Assembly: GCA_944392815.1 (NCBI GenBank)
Contig: CALXXY010000002.1
Span: 64,001-128,000 of the forward strand
DNA: 64,000 nt
Reading direction: 5' to 3'
From: an uncultured Alphaproteobacteria bacterium
GTDB taxonomy: Bacteria; Pseudomonadota; Alphaproteobacteria; Rs-D84
Shown: positions 56,669 to 64,000 of the stretch, in pieces
Position numbering within the stretch: position 1 is the first letter of the stretch
How the letters are laid out: each line of letters starts with the position of its first letter
Notes under the pieces: model-generated
Told to the model about the DNA's origin: nothing
Seen by the model: only the letters and a program-made list of their open reading frames with translations
Database searches by the model: none
Program-made: the position numbers and the translations under genes

Positions 56669-57871
56669 TCAGAACATAAATATCGCCTGCAGGCCGACAG
56701 ATGCCTCGGAATATCCGTCTATATTGGCGGTACCCATTTTACGGAACACGCCATCTTTTGCGTCCGTCTGCCAGAATGACAAATCTTTGCCATCGGCAGA
56801 ATCCCACAACGCGATTTTCCCGTACAGATTTAACGCGAACCAATCATTGGGCTGCCAACCGATGGCCGCCTTTAAACTGGCCTGATTGTGCCAATCATAA
56901 TTACCAAACACCAATTCTCCGTTTAATGTCCAATCTTCGTCCAGGACGCTGAACGCACCGATACCGCCCTCGAGATAAAATACATTGGACGCGTCGGTAT
57001 TATACGCCAAAAAGAACGTAGCATCTCTGCCATCGGCCATTTTACCGTTCACACCATTGCCATATGCACTGCCATCAAAATCCAAATACCAACCACGCAC
57101 CAACCCATAAATGGTCGTAGAACTGATTTTATATCCACCCTTTAAATCCAAAACGAAATTATTGGAAATATCCTGCTGATATTGATAATAGGCAGACAAT
57201 GTCGCAATCCATTTTTCTGTATCAGCAAAACGCCATTGCAGCCCCAACCCCAACAAATTCAAACCATTATCGTCCATGGAATCATCGGGCGTTTCCGGCA
57301 AAGACCAATCAAATTCATAATTCGACATATCAAACCGCGCCATGGCCAACACAGCCAACCTGTCGGTAATACCATAACTGAAATCTTCCTTGATAGAAAA
57401 CTGACTGGCATTCCACGAACCATTTGGGTCAGACCCCGCTTCTAAATACGTCAACGCCATATCATATGAATTCATATTATATGACAAATCCGTCACAGAC
57501 CCAAATTTTCCCTTGGTCGGTTGGAAAAACGGGTGCGCCAGATAGTATTTGCGTTTTAATTCAGTGCGATATGTTTCCGCCCGCGTGGTACGCACATTTG
57601 CCGTTGACGTACCGCCAGCATACTGTTTATACAACGCACTGCGATTTGCGGGCTGGGTATAATAAATATTTTTTGCATCAGCCGCATCATATGTTTTCTG
57701 CGAAGTGCGCGTAGAATATTTTTCATAATTAACCTGGGTACGTTCACGCACAGCCGGCGCGCCGGTTAAATCCGCACTGGACGCCGCCCGCCCAAAATTA
57801 GTTTCCGCCAACGCCGGCATTACCCCAACCAGCGCCGCAACCACACCAATAACAGACAAATGTTTTTTCAT
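56669..57871 (-). CDS. Outer membrane beta-barrel protein (paralog of downstream gene)
   Basis: Signal peptide (ALA), SYGITDRLAV, C-terminal Phe. Confidence 0.78.
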   Translation of the reverse strand: MKKHLSVIGVVAALVGVMPALAETNFGRAASSADLTGAPAVRERTQVNYEKYSTRTSQKTYDAADAKNIYYTQPANRSALYKQYAGGTSTANVRTTRAETYRTELKRKYYLAHPFFQPTKGKFGSVTDLSYNMNSYDMALTYLEAGSDPNGSWNASQFSIKEDFSYGITDRLAVLAMARFDMSNYEFDWSLPETPDDSMDDNGLNLLGLGLQWRFADTEKWIATLSAYYQYQQDISNNFVLDLKGGYKISSTTIYGLVRGWYLDFDGSAYGNGVNGKMADGRDATFFLAYNTDASNVFYLEGGIGAFSVLDEDWTLNGELVFGNYDWHNQASLKAAIGWQPNDWFALNLYGKIALWDSADGKDLSFWQTDAKDGVFRKMGTANIDGYSEASVGLQAIFMF

Positions 57872-57969
57872 AACAAATTTCTCCTTTTGGATAAAATTAT
57901 ACCATAAAAATCCCCCACAAAAAAGTATTAAAACATCAAAAAGCAGAAATCCGCCATATGGCGGATTTC

Positions 57970-60216
57970 CTATAATATATGCCGTTTATTATTTGCGTCT
58001 GGGGGACTGACGATGCCTTCGGCCTCCATACGTTCCATAAACCCGGCGGCCTTGTTATATCCCACACCCAAACGACGCTGAATATATGAAATGGTGGGCT
58101 TTTTATCACGAATAACAACCTCTTTGGCCTGGGTATACAAATCAGCATCCTTGTCGGCCTTGGTCGCCACCGCCCCCGGCAATCCAGGTATTCCGTCCCC
58201 ACCACCATCGGTCACACCATCGGCGTATTCAGGTTCACCCTGGGACCGCAGGAAATCCCCAACACGTTTTAATTCCTCATCAGAAATATACGCCCCATGT
58301 ATACGCACGGCTTTGTGGCCACCTTCGCTGAATAACATGTCGCCACATTTTAACAATTGTTCAGCACCCTTTTCACCCAACGATGTCATAGAATCAGTAA
58401 TACTGCGCGCCTGGAACGATACACGGGTCGGGAAATTCGCCTTGATAACGCCGGTAATCACGGTCGCGTCCGGACGCTGGGTCGCCATTATCAAATGTAT
58501 ACCGGCGGCACGTGCCTTTTGCGCGATACGTTGAATATATGCCTCGACCTCTTTCTTGGCAACATTCATTAAATCGGCAACCTCGTCTATGATGATGACG
58601 ATATACGGCATATCAGACAAATCAACTTCCTGGGTTTCAAATAACAATTCCCCGGTTTCTTCGTCTGTACCGACGGCCACCTGTTCTGTTAATTTTTCCC
58701 CATTGGCGCGTTTTTGCGCCGCAATTTCATTGTACGTTTCGATATTGCGCGCCTGCAATTTCTGCAATTGCTTGTACCGATTTTCCATTTCGTTCACAGC
58801 CCATTTCAACGCCGCCACCGCAGCATTCGGATCCAATTTCACAATCGGCGTAATTAAATGCGGAATATCGTCCCAGAATCCAAAATCAACCCCCTTGGGG
58901 TCAATGATTATCAATTTACATTTATCAGGCGTAAAATGATACACAATGGACGTAATAATTGTCTGAACAAACACAGATTTCCCAGAACCTGTACGCCCTG
59001 CAATCAACATGTGCGGCATTTTTGCCAAATCATAATACATGGAATCGCCGCCGATGTTCACACCCAACGCCAATGGGATTTTATAACTGGAATGAACAAA
59101 CGTATCATTTTCCATCAGCGTTCTGAACCGCACAGTTTGCGGTTTTAAATTCACCATTTCAACGCCAATCAATTGAGTGCTGGGGATAACCGAAATACGA
59201 ATTTTTTCAGTGGCCATCGCGCGCGTCATGTCATCGACCGTCTTGTTCACGTCGGCCATGCGCACACCGCTGTCCGGCAAAAATTCATACAGCGTCACAA
59301 TGGGCCCGGGTCGAATTCCAACAACTTTGCCCTGGACATTATATTCGGCAAAATGCAATTCCATCGCGGCCGCATTGCGCTTTAATTCAGGTGTCACCAC
59401 ATTTTTACCAAAATGCGAATATTCCAAAAATGCAGGATCCGGCAATTCATATTCATGCACACTGTCCGCCCCGGTGCGGCGCACCGCATGTGCCCCACGC
59501 ACAGCGCGCCGTGCGCCCCGCGTGCGACGTGCGGGCTTTTCATTAACTTCCTCTGATTCTTCATCGGGCTCGGAATCCTCGTATTCTTCTTCGTCCGATT
59601 CGGAATCAATTTCCCCGCGCGGCACACTGGTCAAATGGAACACAGACAACAACCACCGCACACCCCGCCAACACATGCGCCCTGCACTGACAACGTGCAC
59701 CCATTTAATATGCAACAACACCGACGCCAGCAATACAAACACCAACAACGCGGCCACACCAATCGCCACGCCCCACGCGCCAAATATTCCACCAATATCA
59801 TTGGCAACTATTGCCCCAAACATACCGCCAAACGTGCCGCCCGGCGCAACCAGTCCCAACCCAGCTGCCCCCGCACACATCGCGACAAAGAAACGCAGAA
59901 AATTATATTCAGGCGCACCATCATCACCCCAGTTCGCCAACCACGCCAACCCCCAACGCGCCACACACAAAAACACAAACGCCGCTGGAATAAATCCAAT
60001 ACCATAGCGAATAAATCCGACAATTTGCCCAACAAACGATTGTTCACCAAACGTACTGGCGGCGGCAAATCCGTCCAGATACGGATTGTAAAACATCATC
60101 GCCACCAATGCGAACAACCCCAGCGCCAACAACAGTCCGCCTGCGATTCGCCGAATTAAACCCTTTAACGCCACAGAAATACTTTCTGGGAAAAAATTAT
60201 TTGATGTCTTTGCCAT
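57970..60216 (-). CDS. ftsK: DNA translocase FtsK
   Basis: 4TM domain, PGPIVTLYE, MPHMLIAGRTGSGKS, IDEVADLM, ATQRP, gamma domain SYIQRRLGVGYNKAA. Confidence 0.96.
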   Translation of the reverse strand: MAKTSNNFFPESISVALKGLIRRIAGGLLLALGLFALVAMMFYNPYLDGFAAASTFGEQSFVGQIVGFIRYGIGFIPAAFVFLCVARWGLAWLANWGDDGAPEYNFLRFFVAMCAGAAGLGLVAPGGTFGGMFGAIVANDIGGIFGAWGVAIGVAALLVFVLLASVLLHIKWVHVVSAGRMCWRGVRWLLSVFHLTSVPRGEIDSESDEEEYEDSEPDEESEEVNEKPARRTRGARRAVRGAHAVRRTGADSVHEYELPDPAFLEYSHFGKNVVTPELKRNAAAMELHFAEYNVQGKVVGIRPGPIVTLYEFLPDSGVRMADVNKTVDDMTRAMATEKIRISVIPSTQLIGVEMVNLKPQTVRFRTLMENDTFVHSSYKIPLALGVNIGGDSMYYDLAKMPHMLIAGRTGSGKSVFVQTIITSIVYHFTPDKCKLIIIDPKGVDFGFWDDIPHLITPIVKLDPNAAVAALKWAVNEMENRYKQLQKLQARNIETYNEIAAQKRANGEKLTEQVAVGTDEETGELLFETQEVDLSDMPYIVIIIDEVADLMNVAKKEVEAYIQRIAQKARAAGIHLIMATQRPDATVITGVIKANFPTRVSFQARSITDSMTSLGEKGAEQLLKCGDMLFSEGGHKAVRIHGAYISDEELKRVGDFLRSQGEPEYADGVTDGGGDGIPGLPGAVATKADKDADLYTQAKEVVIRDKKPTISYIQRRLGVGYNKAAGFMERMEAEGIVSPPDANNKRHIL

Positions 60217-60249
60217 GCCATGCATTGTACCACAAAAAACATAAAAATG

Positions 60250-60951
60250 TTAGTGCTGTGCAACATCGCCGCCATAGTTTTTCAACCACGCTTTGACCAA
60301 ATCAGCCGCCACCATACCAATAAACGCCCCCAATATAACATCAGACGGCCAATGCGCACCAACCGATATCCGCGACAGCCCAATAATTATGGCCAACGAC
60401 CATGTAAACCATTTAATTTTTGGCGCCAACAATCCCAACATAACCAGTCCCGCAAATGACGCAAACGTATGACCCGATGGCATGGAATTAAACGCCCAAT
60501 CGGTTGAAAACGGAACAAATCCAGTTTTATCCAACGCCTCGAAAAACACGGGGCGCATACGCCCAATAACAATTTTTAATATTTTGCCAACCACACTGGC
60601 AACAAACACAGAACATAACACATAAAACGCATAACTGTTGCGTGTCTTTGCAACGAAATCATTGCAAAACGCCATAAAGCTGGGCTTATTTTGTGCATTT
60701 CTGTACCGCACCCCAGAATTGTAAATTTTTTTCAGATAAAACACCAACAACACAACCGCAGATACAATCAGCCAAATTTTCGCATCAAAAATTTTGTCGA
60801 ACAAATGCCACAACCAACAGTCCCCACCGCGCATAAATAAATACAGCGGTTTATCGAACCAAAAAATTCCCATAAACACCAACACCGCCGTCACAGCCGC
60901 GGCAATACCCAACAAACGCCATTTGATTTTATTATTGGTTGTTAAAAACAT
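60250..60951 (-). CDS. PAP2 family phosphatase (LpxE-like)
   Basis: K....R.RP, PSGH, SR...GAHWPSDV. Confidence 0.92.
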   Translation of the reverse strand: MFLTTNNKIKWRLLGIAAAVTAVLVFMGIFWFDKPLYLFMRGGDCWLWHLFDKIFDAKIWLIVSAVVLLVFYLKKIYNSGVRYRNAQNKPSFMAFCNDFVAKTRNSYAFYVLCSVFVASVVGKILKIVIGRMRPVFFEALDKTGFVPFSTDWAFNSMPSGHTFASFAGLVMLGLLAPKIKWFTWSLAIIIGLSRISVGAHWPSDVILGAFIGMVAADLVKAWLKNYGGDVAQH

Positions 60952-60971
60952 GATTCCCCCATACGCATTAA

Positions 60972-62477
60972 TTATTCCGCCACCAGTTTATTGTATACCT
61001 TGGCATCAGTTAAAATTTTCGCCGCCACCGCCGCAGACAACGCATCTTCGTCTGCGCCACTGGTAATCACCGGACAACCGCGCCGCACAGCGTCAACATC
61101 GATATCCGATTTATCATTAAAATCCTGGGCATTAAAATCATTATTAATCACATTCAGGAAAAACGCATTTTGCTGATTTGTCGACCGAATATTAGACAAA
61201 CATACAATCGGGAAAATTCCACGTCCATCAATCACGCGCCCTGTTCCTGTTTTAATTGATTTGTTTAATAATTCCAACGCCCCGCCATTATCCAGATTAA
61301 TGCGACTCGCGATTCGGGCCGCCCCTGCGGTTGGTGTTCCAACCAACACGCCGCGTTCATATTCATAAAACGCGGCGGCCACGGCCTCGGCCGTGCCACG
61401 TGTCATATTGGACATCAGCACAACAATCGGCACATCTGTCACAGCCGCCCCACCGGGAATAACCTCTACTTCATCTTTGGCGGTTTCGACTATGCGCATA
61501 ACAGGCCGCGCCCCAATAAACAGCCCCGCCAACTTTGCCGCCGCCCGTTCATCGTCGCCCGTCGCCGCACGCAAATCCAAAATTATCCCAGATATGTCGG
61601 TATATGTTGCCAACGCTTCGTTAATTATTGATGCGGCATTATCAGAAATTCTGTGCACGACAATTTCCAGTATGCCGCCACTCGCTTCATCACTGCGATG
61701 AACAATATCAGCGTCCGCCAACACAATTGTCGCCCGCCGCAACACAACATCGCGCGCACCCGACGGCGATAATAATTTTATTTTTGATGTCCCGGAATTA
61801 AACCCAGACATCGCCGCAGACAAATCATCGTCCGACATATCCGCCACGTTTGTCCCATTTATGGCGGTAATTAAATCCCCCGCCCGTATGCCAGATATAT
61901 CCGCGGGCGATCCCTTGTACACGCCATGCACCCGCCAATTACCACGTGCGTCACGCGCCCCCTCGAGTCCCACACTGGTCAAAATCCGTCCATCTTCGGT
62001 AATTTCGGCCGCCCGCGAATAAATATATCGGCCATTTTCATCAATTCCGCGCATTAAACTGTCCACCACAACCTGATACATTTCGCTGGTTGACAGATTC
62101 TGCAACGCCGGGTCATTCGCCCGCAGTTTTAACACCAACGCAGTTGTAATTTCACCAAACCCATTCCAATCACCCGGCTGGGGCCGCGGATAATTTGCGA
62201 TAATCGCGTCCCGCCACACCAACACAACCCGTTCATCAGTCGCAGCAATATGCGCATTTGGATTTAAATTTTCCAAACTTTCAATCGCCACATTAATGCT
62301 TTTGCCACCCCATTTAACACCGTCCAGTTTTTCATAAATATCCGCGAACGTCGCAGACACATCAAAAACATTCAAACCGTCCTGGATTGGTTCATCTTCG
62401 AAAAACAAACTGTCTGCATGACACGGCACAGCAACCAGGGCGAAAAACAAATATGCAAATAAATTTTTTATTTTCAT
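60972..62477 (-). CDS. PDZ + S41 (CtpA-like) protein with degenerate active site
   Basis: Signal peptide; GSPA..GIRAGDLI PDZ; IILDLR, VPIVVL, R.VLVGTPT.G, GRGIFP; Ser and Lys motifs replaced. Confidence 0.8.
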   Translation of the reverse strand: MKIKNLFAYLFFALVAVPCHADSLFFEDEPIQDGLNVFDVSATFADIYEKLDGVKWGGKSINVAIESLENLNPNAHIAATDERVVLVWRDAIIANYPRPQPGDWNGFGEITTALVLKLRANDPALQNLSTSEMYQVVVDSLMRGIDENGRYIYSRAAEITEDGRILTSVGLEGARDARGNWRVHGVYKGSPADISGIRAGDLITAINGTNVADMSDDDLSAAMSGFNSGTSKIKLLSPSGARDVVLRRATIVLADADIVHRSDEASGGILEIVVHRISDNAASIINEALATYTDISGIILDLRAATGDDERAAAKLAGLFIGARPVMRIVETAKDEVEVIPGGAAVTDVPIVVLMSNMTRGTAEAVAAAFYEYERGVLVGTPTAGAARIASRINLDNGGALELLNKSIKTGTGRVIDGRGIFPIVCLSNIRSTNQQNAFFLNVINNDFNAQDFNDKSDIDVDAVRRGCPVITSGADEDALSAAVAAKILTDAKVYNKLVAE

Positions 62478-62509
62478 GTTGGCCCCTCTCCCTGGTTGTG
62501 TGCAACGAA

Positions 62510-63388
62510 TTATTTCCCGTTTGTAATAGAATCGTCACGCAGATTAAAGTGATACAAAATAACGTTTGAAATATAAATACTGGTGAACGTTCCCATAACA
62601 ACCGCAAACGTCATAGCAATCGAAAAATCACGCAACGCCGGCCCACCAAACAGGAACAACGCCACCATTGCCAATATCGTCGACACCCCGGTCATAATGG
62701 TTCTGCGCATCATTTCATTCACAGACAAATCAATCAAATCGTCCATGGGCATTTTGTGATATTTTTTAATATTTTCCTCGATTCGGTCATAGTTTACAAC
62801 CTTGTCATTAATGGAATATCCGACACCCATCAGGATAACCGCAATCGCCGTCTGATTGAATTCCAACCCTGTGATTGAAAAGAATCCAAACATAATCACG
62901 AAATCCAAACACAGCGAAATAAACGACCCGATGGCATATCCGCCACGATATCGCACCCACACATACACAGACATTAATATGAATGAAAACAATATCGCCA
63001 AAATACCACCGCGCACCAATTCATCGCCAATTTTTGGCCCAACAATTTGCACCTGGGAATATTCAACATTGTTGCCCAAAATTTCTTTGATTTCAGCCAC
63101 ACGGGCATTTTGTTCGGCATCAGTCGCACCCTTGTGCAAACCAACACGCACCAAAATTGCCCCATTGTCACCAACCGATTGCAATTCAGGATTAAATTGT
63201 GCCAAATCACTGCGCATTTTATCAATGGTATAATCCGCGGAAACCGGCGTCACCTCCATCGATATACCACCGGCGAAATCAATACCATAATTCAACCCAC
63301 GGAATATCAACGACAGCACAGACAGCAAAATCAGCGCGCCCGCAATCCAGTACGACAATTTGCGATATTTCATAAACTTTAATTTCAT
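62510..63388 (-). CDS. secF: Protein translocase subunit SecF
   Basis: GLNYGIDFAGG, VGPKIGDEL, GYSINDKVV.YDRI. Confidence 0.96.
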   Translation of the reverse strand: MKLKFMKYRKLSYWIAGALILLSVLSLIFRGLNYGIDFAGGISMEVTPVSADYTIDKMRSDLAQFNPELQSVGDNGAILVRVGLHKGATDAEQNARVAEIKEILGNNVEYSQVQIVGPKIGDELVRGGILAILFSFILMSVYVWVRYRGGYAIGSFISLCLDFVIMFGFFSITGLEFNQTAIAVILMGVGYSINDKVVNYDRIEENIKKYHKMPMDDLIDLSVNEMMRRTIMTGVSTILAMVALFLFGGPALRDFSIAMTFAVVMGTFTSIYISNVILYHFNLRDDSITNGK

Positions 63389-63398
63389 AACACGCCCC

Positions 63399-64000
63399 TT
63401 AATTTGTCTTTACATAACCAATTTTTTTATTTTTACCGCCCATGTACCAATCGATGATAACCTTGGACAAAGATACACAAGTGAACAGCGTGGTCAAAAC
63501 ACCGACCGACAGCGTCACTGCGAATCCACGAATGGGTCCGGCCCCGAATTGGAACAGCACCAACGAACAAATCAAATTGGTTAAATTCCCGTCCAATACG
63601 GCCTTCATAGATCTGTGGAATCCGGCCTCGACCGCGCGCAGCGGCGTTGACCCGGCGCGAATTTCATCACGTATTCGTTCGAACGGCAAAATATTCGCGT
63701 CCACAGCCATACCCAACGTCAACACGATACCGGCAATCCCAGGCAACGTTAACACACCACCCAGCACAGCCGTGATACCAATAATCATCGCCAAATTAAT
63801 CAGCAACACAAAACTGGCAATAACACCAAAACCGCGATAGCAAACAATCATGAATATCATAATAAATATGACACCCATCAACGACGCTATTTTACCGGCC
63901 TCGATAGTGTCGGCCCCCAGTCCCGCGCCAACGGTACGTTCTTCGATAACCTGCAATGGCGCCGGCAAAGCACCGCTGCGCAACAGCACGGCTAAATCTT
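63399..64000 (-). CDS. secD: Protein translocase subunit SecD (5' part beyond window)
   Basis: LRSGALPAP, TLPGIAG..LT.GMAVDAN, GPIRGFAVTL. Confidence 0.96.
   Translation of the reverse strand, partial: DLAVLLRSGALPAPLQVIEERTVGAGLGADTIEAGKIASLMGVIFIMIFMIVCYRGFGVIASFVLLINLAMIIGITAVLGGVLTLPGIAGIVLTLGMAVDANILPFERIRDEIRAGSTPLRAVEAGFHRSMKAVLDGNLTNLICSLVLFQFGAGPIRGFAVTLSVGVLTTLFTCVSLSKVIIDWYMGGKNKKIGYVKTN

Noticed and set aside
434-57969. Recurring AAAATCCC...GGGATTT hairpins (434, 8592, 11479, 55828, 57946)
   Set aside because: All sit at gene 3' ends with A/T tails and different cores; explained as intrinsic terminators.
7542-60007. Long antisense ORFs (e.g. 7542-8225, 22253-22933, 40574-41173, 59177-60007)
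   Set aside because: Shadow frames of well-supported genes, with no independent motifs.

Overview
Gene-dense chromosomal segment of a small-genome alphaproteobacterium (MucR/Ros, RHH_4, alpha-type ParE and DksA). The scrambled gene order and style of the hypothetical proteins suggest the gut-associated Rs-D84/'Ca. Enterousia' group, but that is inference. Most genes are housekeeping: pgsA, dnaJ, parE, dnaA, dprA, plsY, rpsT, sufBC and sufS/T/E, gatCAB, miaB, tatABC, lolA, recJ, ftsIL, trxA, dksA, thrS, gltX, trmB, a ybeY-lnt fusion, rarA, fabD, ftsK and secDF, plus tRNA-Phe(GAA) and tRNA-Lys(CTT). I saw no transposase, integrase, prophage or CRISPR array. Best second-look items: (1) a four-gene operon pairing an HNH polymorphic-toxin-like domain that lacks its catalytic residues with a SUKH/SMI1-KNR4 immunity-like protein, a membrane-anchored pseudo-nuclease and an RHH regulator; (2) a dispersed palindromic element (core TATGTGCA-N8/9-TGCA) found both between genes and in-frame inside gatA, gatB, ybeY-lnt and others; (3) an unannotated Thr-rich leader peptide in front of thrS; (4) secreted proteins with variable N-termini on a shared glycine-zipper/Cys C-terminal module; (5) a nested multi-family REP-like cassette after rpsT; (6) an orphan type IVb pilus secretin plus TcpQ-domain pair; (7) several intact ORFs that look like pseudoenzymes. 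All family assignments come from motif recognition by eye; no searches were run.
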